Of a stretch of DNA of 54,159 nt, positions 9,292 through 19,929 are shown one piece after another. Under the pieces are notes generated by a model. That model made no database searches and was not told the origin of the DNA. It worked only from the letters and a program-made list of their open reading frames with translations. A program made the translations under genes and the position numbers. The stretch is from positions 1 through 54,159 of the forward strand of contig SVSW01000005.1 of the NCBI GenBank assembly GCA_015064095.1, read 5' to 3'. Every line of letters starts with the position of its first letter. Within the stretch, counting starts at the first letter, position 1. The DNA comes from Oscillospiraceae bacterium (GTDB taxonomy: Bacteria; Bacillota; Clostridia; Oscillospirales; CAG-272).

Positions 9292-10344
9292 TTAATCCGC
9301 AGTAAGTCCGGAACGTTCTATACCCTGTACCAGGAACTTCTGGCAGAAGGCATATATTATAACCAACGGCATAATTATCATTATACCCGTTGTTCCCGTT
9401 ATTGCAGAATAAATACGGGTTTGTACCGATACTAATTTTGATGCCTCATTTATTAAGCTTGCGGGATATTGCTCAACAAGATGCACGAGAAGCGGCACTC
9501 CCTGATTCGGAGATATGAACAGATTGGTGTAGAACGTATCCGTCCATTGCCATGAGAAGGCAAACAGGAATACCGTTATCATCATAGGTATCGACAGCGG
9601 CAGTATTATCTTGACAAATGTCTTGAAAACTCCCGAACCGTCTATGTATGCCGACTCCTCAAGCTCATCGGGTACTCCGCGGAAGAATTGACGCAAAAGG
9701 AAAATATAAAGTCCGTTCTTAAATGCTATTCCAAACAGCGAAAGTATGATGAACGGGAAATATGTGTTCCTCATATCAAGTGTACCTGCGCCAATCAACT
9801 CAAACAGACCGGGGCCGCCGAGTATAACGCTTATCGGATCTCTTAAATCGAACTCCTTGAAGCTCGTTAGCATCGAAAGGCGAAGTGTCGGGTGAGGTAC
9901 TATCATAGTCAGCATTACGATAAGGAATATCCACTTGCTGCCTTTGAATTTAAACTTCGCAAATCCGTAGCCTATCAAGCAACAAACTATCGTTTGTATG
10001 ACCGCGCACGAAATGGAAATTACGAACGTGTCCATGAACGCCGTTACATAATCAAGCTCGCTCCATATCGCCGCATAGGTATCAAACGTGAACGTTTTGG
10101 GGATCAAGATAACTGCGCTGTCGGCAAAATCTTCGAACTCCATGACCGATCCCATTATTTTGGAAATGAACGGGAAAAGGACTACATACGTTACTCCTAT
10201 CAGAAGTATCAGTCTGAAAAGATACCATACTACCTTCTTCAAGAAGAAGAGTGACAGATATTTCTCTTTTATCCTTACTTTCAGCGGGGCGCGTTCAAAA
10301 TCAACCTTTATTTTCTTGCTTGGATCTCTTAAAGTTGCATTCAT
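9292..10344 (-). CDS. Carbohydrate ABC transporter permease (MalG-like)
   Basis: EAA loop LRQFFRGVPDELEESAYIDG; GYGFAKFKFKG motif; multi-TM. Confidence 0.9.
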   Translation of the reverse strand: MNATLRDPSKKIKVDFERAPLKVRIKEKYLSLFFLKKVVWYLFRLILLIGVTYVVLFPFISKIMGSVMEFEDFADSAVILIPKTFTFDTYAAIWSELDYVTAFMDTFVISISCAVIQTIVCCLIGYGFAKFKFKGSKWIFLIVMLTMIVPHPTLRLSMLTSFKEFDLRDPISVILGGPGLFELIGAGTLDMRNTYFPFIILSLFGIAFKNGLYIFLLRQFFRGVPDELEESAYIDGSGVFKTFVKIILPLSIPMMITVFLFAFSWQWTDTFYTNLFISPNQGVPLLVHLVEQYPASLINEASKLVSVQTRIYSAITGTTGIMIIMPLVIIYAFCQKFLVQGIERSGLTAD

Positions 10345-10362
10345 TATTTTCGCACCTCCTTA

Positions 10363-11313
10363 TCAGTCATTTCTTCTCTGGTAGAACACAAACATCGAGA
10401 ATATTCCGGCAACTGCCGCAACTATTCCTATAACAATGAGGAAGTATATCCACGACATCGCCGAGCTTATATAAAGCTCGCCGTTGTCGTATTGCTTATT
10501 GATGTGAGTCATTACCATGTTAGAGTTCGTTGTGAACGAGTCTATTATCGTATAAACTGCGTTTACCAATATCATCGGGCTTATCATCGGGAAGGTTATC
10601 TTCCAGAAGGTTTCCCATGCCGACGCTCCGTCTATTTGGCAGGATTCGTATATCGCCGGCGATATTGATTGTAATCCGGACAGGAATATCAGCATCTGAA
10701 CGCCCGATCGGTTTACTATGTTAAAGATGTTATTTATCATGTACGTGACAAATTGCATCAGTGGCTCAAGTGCCGGAGAATCACCGAACAGCCAGTTCAG
10801 ATCCATGAGTGAGACGAATCCTCCGCCGTCTTTTTCCTCTCCTGTGTTTATTCCGCCTGACATGTATGAGTTGTTTACGTCTTGCTGTGCAACATATTCC
10901 ATAATACCCGTTGAAATTATAACGGGAACGAAAAGAATCGCACGGAAGAATGCTCTTCCCGCCATCTTTTGGTTCAGAAGAACCGCCATGAAGAGCGAGA
11001 ATATCAGGATCGCCGGAATATCAAACACCATTTGGCCAAGTCCTTCAACCAAGACCTGAACAAAATCCGGATTCTCGAAAAGCGCCGATGAATAGTTATC
11101 CCAACCTACAAACATCAGATTTTGGCTGTCAAGAGGGTTGATATCATAAAAGCTCAGCTTTATGGAATCAAATATTATCGGAAAATAGATAAACACAAAT
11201 CCGATTATAAACGGAAGAACAAATATCCAACCTGCTCTTGCCTTCTTTTTGTCAAGGGAGGCTGCTTTTTTTCTTTTTTTCTTGACATTGTTAAGTTTTA
11301 ATTCGTTTGTCAT
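10363..11313 (-). CDS. Carbohydrate ABC transporter permease (MalF-like)
   Basis: EAA loop LSGLQSISPAIYESCQIDGAS..ETFWKITFP. Confidence 0.9.
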   Translation of the reverse strand: MTNELKLNNVKKKRKKAASLDKKKARAGWIFVLPFIIGFVFIYFPIIFDSIKLSFYDINPLDSQNLMFVGWDNYSSALFENPDFVQVLVEGLGQMVFDIPAILIFSLFMAVLLNQKMAGRAFFRAILFVPVIISTGIMEYVAQQDVNNSYMSGGINTGEEKDGGGFVSLMDLNWLFGDSPALEPLMQFVTYMINNIFNIVNRSGVQMLIFLSGLQSISPAIYESCQIDGASAWETFWKITFPMISPMILVNAVYTIIDSFTTNSNMVMTHINKQYDNGELYISSAMSWIYFLIVIGIVAAVAGIFSMFVFYQRRND

Positions 11314-11332
11314 TATTTTTTACCTCCCTTTC

Positions 11333-14300
11333 TCAGTGATTTATAACCTGGTATCCATATGCCTTTATCTCGTATACAGTTTCGCCGTATTTTACCGTTA
11401 TATCGAACGAATTGTAGTTGAGTATAAAGGTTCTGTATGCCTCGGCATCGTCGCCGTCTTTTCCGCCGTATGTGACGGCTACAACAGAACCGTCGTCATA
11501 GGTGTACTTGCTTACGGTGTTCACCACTTCTTCCTTCTTTACCGGCTCCTCGACTTCTATGACATTTGTCATGTTACCGTCTTCATCAATCAGTCCGGCT
11601 TTCACCGAAAGATCGAAGAAGTGTTCAAATGTCGCCGTTGCCTCGTCGTAAAGACCTGTGATTACCGTCTCGTTCTCCAACGCTTCAAGATATACATCAT
11701 TAGCGCCGGCATATATGCCGTTTATTGCCTCGGCATCTGCTACAATTGAGCTGATATTCGCTTTCGCGGACTCGATTGCGGCATATGCGTTCATGATCGT
11801 TGCATATCTGTTGCGGAAAACTCCCGTATAAGCGTCTATTTTCTGCTTTGCTTCTTCCATTTCGGATTTGGAAATGTTCATGGTGACCACTGTGGCCATG
11901 CGCTCTGCCAAGATTTCAGCAGCTTCCTCAATATCAAGCTTGCTAAGGTCTACAAGAAGAAGCTCCTCGTATCTCTTGCTTGCTGCCTGATACTGTGCCT
12001 TTGCAGCCTCATATTTTTCCTTGAAGGTCAATATCTCCTCTACATTTCCTATAACGTCGTTTACGCCGTTTATGACGCCTGCGTTATTTGTATCGGCGGT
12101 GTTATAATTTGCTTCGATATCCTCATCGCCGAACACAAGAACCTTTGCACGAAGAAGTGCATCGCTGTCCAAAATAGCCTTGATAGCGCCTATCTTCGCT
12201 TCGATAGCCGCAAGATTTGCCTCTATCTCTGCAACTGCCGCAACTGCATCATCATAGAACTGCTGTGCTCTTTGCTTCTCTGCATCTGTTGCTTCCGGAT
12301 CTGCCTTTGTTGCATTGAGCTTTTCGAAAAGCTTTTCGGTTGCTTCCTTTGCAATCGCAAGTGCCTGCTCTGCTGTTTCCTTCATCTGCTTCGCGCTTGC
12401 ATACGCGCCCTGGATATTATCAAGGTTCTCGCGCAGCGAAGGAACGTATGCATTATATGCTTCAAGCTTTTCCTCGGCATCTATGCGCAGTGCTGCGGCG
12501 TTCTTCTCCTCGTTGCTTGCAGCATTAAGCTTTTCTGTTTCTGTATTTATAGCTTTTATTGCCGCTTTCACGAGTTCAAGCGTCTGCTTTGCTGCTTCTA
12601 CGGTTTCGTATGCCGAAACTGCTACTGCATAATCGCCTGTGACATCGTAAAGATCATATGCTTCCTGCGCTTTGTCGAGCTTTGTCTTCGCCTTGGCTCT
12701 TGCCTCGTCCTTCACCTTAAGAAGATCTCTCTCCTCTTGGGTCGTCATGCCGGAGTTGACCTCAGCGAATATCTCATTGTACTCTGCGTTTGCAAGATCG
12801 TACGCTTCTTTAGCTGCTTTGAGCGCTTCCTTTGCCTTGTAAGCGGGCTTTACGGTTTCCTCGCTCTCGTTCGCCTTCGTCATTGCGGCTTCCAGAGCTG
12901 CTTTTGCTGTGGCGAGTGCCGTTTCATACGGTGTAAGATTTGCAGCATTGATATCGGCAAGCAAAGCACCTGCGTTGATCGCGGCGTCAACTGCCTCGTT
13001 CTTTGCGGTGGTTGCGGTAACGATATCGTTGACCTTTTCCAGAGCCTTGTTCTTTCCGGAGTTATATCCGTTCTTTGCGGTATTGATAAGATCTGCTACG
13101 CTCTTTCCAACGCGAGAAACTATTTCATCAAGTATTTCAAGCGCGGCGGTTTGCGTTACTGCAAAGTCTGCGGGTGCTGCGTTTCCGATTATTGTTTCGG
13201 CCTCTGTTCTGACCGCTACCTGGATCGCTGCCAAAAGATCTGCCTGATCTCTTGCCGCTGCCTCTGCCTTCTCAACGGAAGTTTCATATTTAACCGGTGC
13301 TGCGGTTGCTATCGCCAACGCGCTGTCTGCCGCGGTATTGCTTGCTGCCTCAATAAGCGCATTGTAAATTCCGTTTATGAGAGTTGCTTTGCTGCTGCCG
13401 AGCTCTGCAACAAGATTGGATACAACCTTGCTGTCTTGGAAGAGTCCGGGCAGGCGGCGCTTCACTGCTGTCTTGACATATTCACAAGCTGCATCGCCGT
13501 ATATCTCAAGATATGCCTCGTCTGCTGCCGCAACAGCCTGATTTGCTACGCTGAGAGCAGCGTATGCTTGGTCTACATAGCTCGAATCTATCTTCGCTGC
13601 TGCCTTTGTAGCCTTTATTGCCTGATCGCTTGCGTTCTTCAATGCTTTGATCACAGCATCACTCTGTATTCCGGGAGTTTTGCGGAGCTCAAGTGCCGCC
13701 CTCAGCGCTTCCTTAGCTTCTTGTGCAAGCTTTTCAGCTTCGGCAAGCGCTTCAGCCTTCTCAAGAGCCTTTCTGTCCGCCTCTGCCTCATCGGCATCGG
13801 GGATACGGTCGACTACGAGGAACTCGTGATCAATTATAAGCTTTGTCTGAAGATCTGACAGAAGATCGTTAAGCTCAACGTACATATCAACGACATCGTC
13901 TTTCCAAATGTCATATCTTATGGAATAGTTATCGCTGAGACGGTTGAATTCTTTAAGTACATCTGTATTCTGATACGAAAGCTTGAAATAAAGTCCGCTT
14001 CCGTTTTCTATTGCGCGAAGCAGAGCTGCCTTGAGGTTGCCCTCCTCGTTTATCGGAGTGCCTGCGTAATTCATATAACCGTGGAGCACCATTCCGACAA
14101 ACGGAACTGTGTTGCTTGCCACGTTATAATTACTTGAATTGAGCGGAGCGTTGACTATATGATCAACATATTTAAGCGTATAAGAATTGCCTCCGTCAAC
14201 CATGATCTGCATATCCTCACCGTACTCGTTTCTCAGAAGCGAGATCTGGCGAAGTGCATCGATCGTGAACTGCATTGCGTCCTCACGGTTATAAGGATCA

Positions 14301-16828
14301 TCCTCATCAAAGTCGGAGTTAAGAGCCGTTCCGAGAGTGGATACCGAAATACCCATCGGATTATACTTCATATAATTCGATGTGAACTTTGTTACAAATC
14401 TTGCAAAGAATGCAGGAGATATTGCAAGCTCATAATATCCGACGTAGTTTTGATATGTTGCGTCATATACGCGACGGCTGGTATATCTGTTGTCTATTGT
14501 CTTAACTGCGTGATCAAGAAGCGATACGCCGTCAAAGAGTGCGGTTTCACTTACATACGCAAAGTCGAAATCCGGGAAAATTCCGAATCCTTCCTCGCGT
14601 GCGGTTTCAACCAATTCTTGGAAGCCCGAAGCACCTCCGAGGGATTCCTCCCAGTTGAGATGGTAGGGCATCGTTGAGAACATACCGCCGTTTGCATAGC
14701 CTGTAAGTCTGAAATTGATGTTTGAGAAGCCCTGATTCTTTTCACCGACGGAAACGGGATCCTTGATCGCCGCCATTTCCTTGTCGATAGCATCGGAGAG
14801 CTCCGTATACATCGTCTTGACGTCCTCAAACGTTGTAAGAGGTGTCATAACGTTGACAGGCATCGAAAGGATCTTCTCGACGGTCTCAACCGTTCCGAAG
14901 GTCTCAATGTAAAGCGGAATATTTGCATCGGCTTCACTTTCCGCTATTCTCGAAATCACGCCCGTGTATTCGAGATAATCTCTGTAAGCCTCTGCCATAC
15001 CGACCCAAGAACATTCATAATAATTGCTTATTCCGTTCTCTACCGCAATCTCCGTGTCTGTCAGCATGATGTATTTTATCTTATAGTTGCCGACGTACTT
15101 TCTGTCAGAAACTACCTTTATCTCGGTGTTTTGACCGACCGAGATCGCATCGGACATATTATAAGTATCGGAAGATCTCGGATAGAAGGTGACTTGCATG
15201 GAGCTGTATTCACTAGATGCATTTCTGTGCGATGTCGTTAACTGCGCCATCGAATCGCCTTCGTCAATTATAGCAAGGAAGCCGTGATCTTCTTCGGTAA
15301 TTACCGTCTTTGTACCGTATACGGCATCTTTTATGATATTACCATCTTCATCTTCCTCTGCGGGAGATATGACATTCTCGTAATCGGTAACTGTTTTCAG
15401 ACCCTTCCAATACTCAACAGAACCGTATACCGGGTATCTTACGGTTTCATGATGCTTACCTGTCAGCTTATGATAAGCAAAATCCGTTCCGTAAATCTTT
15501 GCTGAAAGTGTTGTGTTTGCACCGTTGTTCAGGTCCTCATAATCAAACAGCGCGCCCGAGCCGTCCGGGAAGAAATTATATCCGCCGTTTCCGCTCTTGC
15601 CTGCTCCCATAAAAGGAAGAACCGTGATACTGTCGAGCTGATAGAGCGACTCATCGAAGCGAATTCCGTTCGCCGGAAGTCTTACTGTCAGGCCCTGTTC
15701 GTCCAGCGTATATTCAAGTGCAAGTCTGAAAAGTGCGGGTGCCTTTGTCGTGCCCGTGTACTCGGTTTCAAGATGGTCTGCATCAAGCTGCTCAAATGTA
15801 TAGCTCTGAACGTAAGTCTTGATGTGTCTTTCCGCTTTTATAAGGGCTGTGGTCTTTGGATTCTCATTGAAAACGTAGACTGCCATCTTTTTGGTTATCG
15901 GATATGTATTATTCATTTCCGATATCTCTTTATCGGTTACTCCCTCAGCCGAAGGATCGTAAAGAGTATAGTTGTTCAGGAGCTCTCTGACTGCCTGGTG
16001 GTCTACCGCTTTTCGCTTTTCATCGGGGTCGTTTTTGGGTCTTTCATCGGTAAAAACGACAGGACCGTTCATATCAAAGTCGGGATTTTCCATACAGATC
16101 AGATCATAATAGCCATATGACTGACCAACCTCTATCAACCCCGCTGCTTTTGCAAACGGGAAATTATCTATCGGCTCCTCGTTTGTTTTAAAAGTCGCCT
16201 TTTCCGTGATAAGGATCGACACGCTGTTGTTTACGGCTTGGCGCATCGGAATGAGAATGTTGTTCTCAAACGACGCCTTTGACGCCATTCTCGGAACAAG
16301 GTATCTCGAATTCTGACGGCCTATTGCGTATTCAACGCGAATACCGTTCTTTATGTACTTGATCTTTATCTGACCTCTCTCTGCAGCCTCAATGGTACTG
16401 AGCATTTCCTTCGAGGTTCCGTTGTCGGTATAGTTTACAATAACCTGCGAAAGAAGTCTTTTCTTTTCGTCCAGCGAATTGGTGTTCGAGGTATTGATAT
16501 CCCAAGGGTTTGAGAAAAGCGTTTCTCCGGTTGCCTTTTTAAGTATAGCGACCTCACCGGTTATCTCATCTGCATAAAGCTCGTAGTAATCTGTTTCAAG
16601 CATGAGCTTCATTGTATTGAGCTTTCCCTGGGCTGTGGTAACCGGATTAACCTCGAACTCATCGAGCTTTAAATAATCTTCTATAACTTTCTGATAATCT
16701 ATTGATCCCGATTCGGAATCGATTGCGTCACCCAAGGGTATTGCACCAACGGGAACTGGGATCACAGTCAGAGTTCCGCAGAACATCAATACAGCCAAGA
16801 AAGCCGATAATATTTTAATTTTTTTCAT
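11333..16828 (-). CDS. Large secreted DUF5696-like protein with a long Ala/Glu/Lys-rich helical insertion (1831 aa)
   Basis: Signal peptide; motifs FSNP, LPFMGAG..GYNFFPDGSGAL, RYPVYG, TPLTTFED, VPFVGMVLHG, LRAIENG and C-terminal ILNYN recall DUF5696 proteins of such ABC clusters (recognised from memory, no HMM run). Confidence 0.7.
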   Translation of the reverse strand: MKKIKILSAFLAVLMFCGTLTVIPVPVGAIPLGDAIDSESGSIDYQKVIEDYLKLDEFEVNPVTTAQGKLNTMKLMLETDYYELYADEITGEVAILKKATGETLFSNPWDINTSNTNSLDEKKRLLSQVIVNYTDNGTSKEMLSTIEAAERGQIKIKYIKNGIRVEYAIGRQNSRYLVPRMASKASFENNILIPMRQAVNNSVSILITEKATFKTNEEPIDNFPFAKAAGLIEVGQSYGYYDLICMENPDFDMNGPVVFTDERPKNDPDEKRKAVDHQAVRELLNNYTLYDPSAEGVTDKEISEMNNTYPITKKMAVYVFNENPKTTALIKAERHIKTYVQSYTFEQLDADHLETEYTGTTKAPALFRLALEYTLDEQGLTVRLPANGIRFDESLYQLDSITVLPFMGAGKSGNGGYNFFPDGSGALFDYEDLNNGANTTLSAKIYGTDFAYHKLTGKHHETVRYPVYGSVEYWKGLKTVTDYENVISPAEEDEDGNIIKDAVYGTKTVITEEDHGFLAIIDEGDSMAQLTTSHRNASSEYSSMQVTFYPRSSDTYNMSDAISVGQNTEIKVVSDRKYVGNYKIKYIMLTDTEIAVENGISNYYECSWVGMAEAYRDYLEYTGVISRIAESEADANIPLYIETFGTVETVEKILSMPVNVMTPLTTFEDVKTMYTELSDAIDKEMAAIKDPVSVGEKNQGFSNINFRLTGYANGGMFSTMPYHLNWEESLGGASGFQELVETAREEGFGIFPDFDFAYVSETALFDGVSLLDHAVKTIDNRYTSRRVYDATYQNYVGYYELAISPAFFARFVTKFTSNYMKYNPMGISVSTLGTALNSDFDEDDPYNREDAMQFTIDALRQISLLRNEYGEDMQIMVDGGNSYTLKYVDHIVNAPLNSSNYNVASNTVPFVGMVLHGYMNYAGTPINEEGNLKAALLRAIENGSGLYFKLSYQNTDVLKEFNRLSDNYSIRYDIWKDDVVDMYVELNDLLSDLQTKLIIDHEFLVVDRIPDADEAEADRKALEKAEALAEAEKLAQEAKEALRAALELRKTPGIQSDAVIKALKNASDQAIKATKAAAKIDSSYVDQAYAALSVANQAVAAADEAYLEIYGDAACEYVKTAVKRRLPGLFQDSKVVSNLVAELGSSKATLINGIYNALIEAASNTAADSALAIATAAPVKYETSVEKAEAAARDQADLLAAIQVAVRTEAETIIGNAAPADFAVTQTAALEILDEIVSRVGKSVADLINTAKNGYNSGKNKALEKVNDIVTATTAKNEAVDAAINAGALLADINAANLTPYETALATAKAALEAAMTKANESEETVKPAYKAKEALKAAKEAYDLANAEYNEIFAEVNSGMTTQEERDLLKVKDEARAKAKTKLDKAQEAYDLYDVTGDYAVAVSAYETVEAAKQTLELVKAAIKAINTETEKLNAASNEEKNAAALRIDAEEKLEAYNAYVPSLRENLDNIQGAYASAKQMKETAEQALAIAKEATEKLFEKLNATKADPEATDAEKQRAQQFYDDAVAAVAEIEANLAAIEAKIGAIKAILDSDALLRAKVLVFGDEDIEANYNTADTNNAGVINGVNDVIGNVEEILTFKEKYEAAKAQYQAASKRYEELLLVDLSKLDIEEAAEILAERMATVVTMNISKSEMEEAKQKIDAYTGVFRNRYATIMNAYAAIESAKANISSIVADAEAINGIYAGANDVYLEALENETVITGLYDEATATFEHFFDLSVKAGLIDEDGNMTNVIEVEEPVKKEEVVNTVSKYTYDDGSVVAVTYGGKDGDDAEAYRTFILNYNSFDITVKYGETVYEIKAYGYQVINH

Positions 16829-16850
16829 ATTTCGTCTCCTCTCTGCACGA

Positions 16851-19040
16851 CTACATGCGGTAATTAAGCTCGGTTACTATGTTGGATATGAAGCCTACGA
16901 TCTTTCCGAGCAGTGTGGTAAACAGCAATGCGACAAACATGATAAATACCATTCCCACAAAGGTTCCTGCCGTTGTGAGGAAGTTTTTACCCATTGAATA
17001 ATCGTGTGTTACCATCATTCCAAGGAAGATCAGAAGCCCTGACCAAATATAACCGAATGTGACAATGACTGACAAAATGTCAAGCTCCTCGACAAGCATG
17101 AAGTTAGATGCTATCGTCGTGGGGATAAGCAACATGACCATGGGAACAAGTGAATATCCGAGAGCGATTATAACATCTTTAAAGCTTCCTTCTCCGTCAA
17201 AGAGTGTCGTCAAGCACCAGTTTGCAACGGCAAACAGGAAGAACGGAACCAAAACCATAATTGCCTGATCTATTATCGTTGAGTAGTTTCCGTGTGGATT
17301 GGAAACATATCCGGTTCCGACAGCTTGATAGAAGAATGCTATTACGGTGATCGCTATGAAGAACACTGCTGCTCTGAGCGATCCTCGCTTTTCATGCTTT
17401 AGATCCCAGAATCCGTCGAACGGGTGGAATATCACATGGAAGACATACAAAACCTCTTCTTTAAAGTTTCTCTTGCCGCCGGCAACTGCCGCCCTGGTGT
17501 TTACCTTCTTGCAGTATTTCATGAACATAGCCCAAAGCAAGCAGATCGCAACTACTCCGATCGGAATGAGGATAATGAATTTGCTTATCCACTCCTTACG
17601 TATTTCTTTATACGCATCGGACCAGTTTGCCGTATCGTACGCCGCTTCGTAGTATTTCATTGCCTCCTCGTAATCACCGCTGCGGTAAAGAGACTGACCG
17701 ATTCCGATATATGCGGCATCAAAGTTCGAGTTTCTCTTCAAAATATCCGTCCAGTCTTCGACTGCGAGGTTATACTGTCTGTTGTTTTGGTTGGCAAGTG
17801 CGCGTATCAGAGTGTTTCCGTACTCGGTTCTCTCATAAATCGTAAAGCTTCGATCGTTTTTGTTGAGTATGAGCATTCTGTCGCCCTGATAAACTATACC
17901 TGCCATATTACTTAAAGTTCCGAGCTGATTTCCGCTATCTCCGAAAACGAAGAGCAGATTTCCGTCGAAATCGTAAGTAAATACCTTCGAACGCTTTTGG
18001 TCGATTATTGACCATGTTTTTTCGGGTCCTACGGCAACGTCAACGATAGTTGACGGGCCGGTTATAACCGTAGCACCGCTCTGACCGACCGATGCGCCTG
18101 CAAGCGTGCTCGTTACACGAACTTCTCCGGAAGGCGGCCAAAATCCGTTTCGTCTCATGATCTCCTCGCCTGCGGCGTTGAGCATCTTGACGGGGGCGTA
18201 GTCGCCTGCCTTCGATTTTGAGTTTATCGCGCTCTGCTGAGCGTCGGGATCGATAGATCCTGTTGTTGCGTAAATAAATCCGTCCTCTGTTATCGTGATA
18301 TTATTGAACTCGGTTGAAACGACCTGCTCGGACATCTCTCTCTGCTCATCGGTTTGGAAGCGTCTCCAAAGTATATCCCAAGCGCTGAGATTTGATTTCT
18401 GTGCTCCTATAAAGCCTGTGAAATCACCCGTATCGGTCATAACTATAATTCCCTGATATGTAGTGGACGACACGACAAAAAGTCTGTTGAACTCGTCGAC
18501 CGCGACGGCTATCGGTCTGTATTTGTCGCCCTCATCGAAAAGGGTGGATACAGGCGCGGGAATTATCGCATTAAACTCATATTCCCCGTCGCCGTCGAGA
18601 TCGCGGTCAAATGTGACTATTCTTTCATTGTTTGTGTCACATACATAGATCTTTTCGGGTGTAACAAAAACTCCCTGAGGATTATTCAGCTTATCGTCAA
18701 TATAATCCGAGTTTTTGAACTCCGAGAGCGATTTTACAAAATTGTAATTCCTATCGAGGATAACTATTCTGTTGTTATCCGCGTCTGCTATATATACGTA
18801 TCCGTCCTCGTCAACCTCAATGTCTGACGGATTTTTGAGTTCCTTTCCGCCGAGATTGTCAAGTCCTATCGTATTTGAGTTTACAACACCGTGCGTTATC
18901 GGGAGATAAGCATCGGGGGAATACAGTGCATAGCCGTCATACGAGTAAGTATACGTTTGATACGCCTTTGCTCCGACGGGAATCGCCATCACCGATGCCA
19001 GAAGAAGGATAACGGCAATTATCGATATTATCTTTTTCAT
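16851..19040 (-). CDS. NHL-repeat beta-propeller + TPR-like + Yip1-family membrane domain fusion protein
   Basis: Signal peptide; NHL repeats (LKNPSDI..YIADADNNRIV, LNNPQGVFV..YVCDTNNERIV); TPR-like AAYIGIGQSLYRSGDYEEAMKYY; C-terminal HPFDGFWDLK and NWCLTTLFDGEG Yip1-type 5-TM region. Confidence 0.8.
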   Translation of the reverse strand: MKKIISIIAVILLLASVMAIPVGAKAYQTYTYSYDGYALYSPDAYLPITHGVVNSNTIGLDNLGGKELKNPSDIEVDEDGYVYIADADNNRIVILDRNYNFVKSLSEFKNSDYIDDKLNNPQGVFVTPEKIYVCDTNNERIVTFDRDLDGDGEYEFNAIIPAPVSTLFDEGDKYRPIAVAVDEFNRLFVVSSTTYQGIIVMTDTGDFTGFIGAQKSNLSAWDILWRRFQTDEQREMSEQVVSTEFNNITITEDGFIYATTGSIDPDAQQSAINSKSKAGDYAPVKMLNAAGEEIMRRNGFWPPSGEVRVTSTLAGASVGQSGATVITGPSTIVDVAVGPEKTWSIIDQKRSKVFTYDFDGNLLFVFGDSGNQLGTLSNMAGIVYQGDRMLILNKNDRSFTIYERTEYGNTLIRALANQNNRQYNLAVEDWTDILKRNSNFDAAYIGIGQSLYRSGDYEEAMKYYEAAYDTANWSDAYKEIRKEWISKFIILIPIGVVAICLLWAMFMKYCKKVNTRAAVAGGKRNFKEEVLYVFHVIFHPFDGFWDLKHEKRGSLRAAVFFIAITVIAFFYQAVGTGYVSNPHGNYSTIIDQAIMVLVPFFLFAVANWCLTTLFDGEGSFKDVIIALGYSLVPMVMLLIPTTIASNFMLVEELDILSVIVTFGYIWSGLLIFLGMMVTHDYSMGKNFLTTAGTFVGMVFIMFVALLFTTLLGKIVGFISNIVTELNYRM

Positions 19041-19055
19041 TGCTTTTTCCTCCTT

Positions 19056-19928
19056 TTAATCCTTCATACCACTCGAACCCATCGTTTCTATGATGTTCGA
19101 CTGAGTGATAACGAAAACAAGTATCGGCACCATCATCATAATAACGGTTGATGCCGCGCCCGCACCGGCACGCTTGATACCGCCGGCGAGGATCTGCTGG
19201 ATCGCGTAGTTGAACGATTTGAACTGCTCTGACTGAATGTAGATCGAAGATCCTGCGTTCCAAAGTCCCTGGAACGAGTAAACGATAAGTGTCAGCCATG
19301 CGGGCTTGACCATCGGCATTGCGATCACCCAGAAGGTGCGGAATTCGCTTGCGCCGTCAAGTCTGGCAGATTCAAGAACCGCATCTGTTACGCCGCTATC
19401 CATAAACTGCTTCATGAGGTAGAGTCCAAGAGATGTACAGAATGCGGGAACGATCAATGCCCAATAGGTATCGAGCATTCCGAGCATACTCATGATGAAG
19501 AAGTTTGTGATCGAAGTAACGGTTGCGTGGAACATCAGCGATGTACGGACTGTCTCGAACATCCAACTGCGTCCCGGGAACTTGATCTTCGCCATGGCGT
19601 ATGCTGCCATCGAAGAGCAGAAAAGGTTTCCTGTAGTTCCGACTACCGATACAAAAACCGTGTTGAATATGTAACGCGAGAACGGCACCCACGAGGTGTT
19701 CATCAGCGTAAACAGATCCTTGAAGTTATTAAGCGTCGGCTTCATAACTATAAATCTCGGCGGGAACATCCAAAGCTCATCAAGAGGCTTTAAGGACTGA
19801 ATTACAACGTAATACATCGGCAAAAACATAAATACGCCGAGGATCACGAGCATAATTGTTATACCCAAGTCGCCGCCCGCCGAACGGTTCAGAACGACTT
19901 TGTGTTTTCTTGTTCTTAATCTTGCCAT
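19056..19928 (-). CDS. Carbohydrate ABC transporter permease (MalG-like)
   Basis: SLKPLDELWMFPP motif; EAA loop LMKQFM..VLESARLDGAS. Confidence 0.9.
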   Translation of the reverse strand: MARLRTRKHKVVLNRSAGGDLGITIMLVILGVFMFLPMYYVVIQSLKPLDELWMFPPRFIVMKPTLNNFKDLFTLMNTSWVPFSRYIFNTVFVSVVGTTGNLFCSSMAAYAMAKIKFPGRSWMFETVRTSLMFHATVTSITNFFIMSMLGMLDTYWALIVPAFCTSLGLYLMKQFMDSGVTDAVLESARLDGASEFRTFWVIAMPMVKPAWLTLIVYSFQGLWNAGSSIYIQSEQFKSFNYAIQQILAGGIKRAGAGAASTVIMMMVPILVFVITQSNIIETMGSSGMKD

Positions 19929-19929
19929 A

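Noticed and set aside
12272-13858. 528-aa Cys/Leu-rich plus-strand ORF
   Set aside because: It is the antisense of the Ala/Glu/Lys-rich insert; GCA codons read as TGC (Cys) on the other strand.
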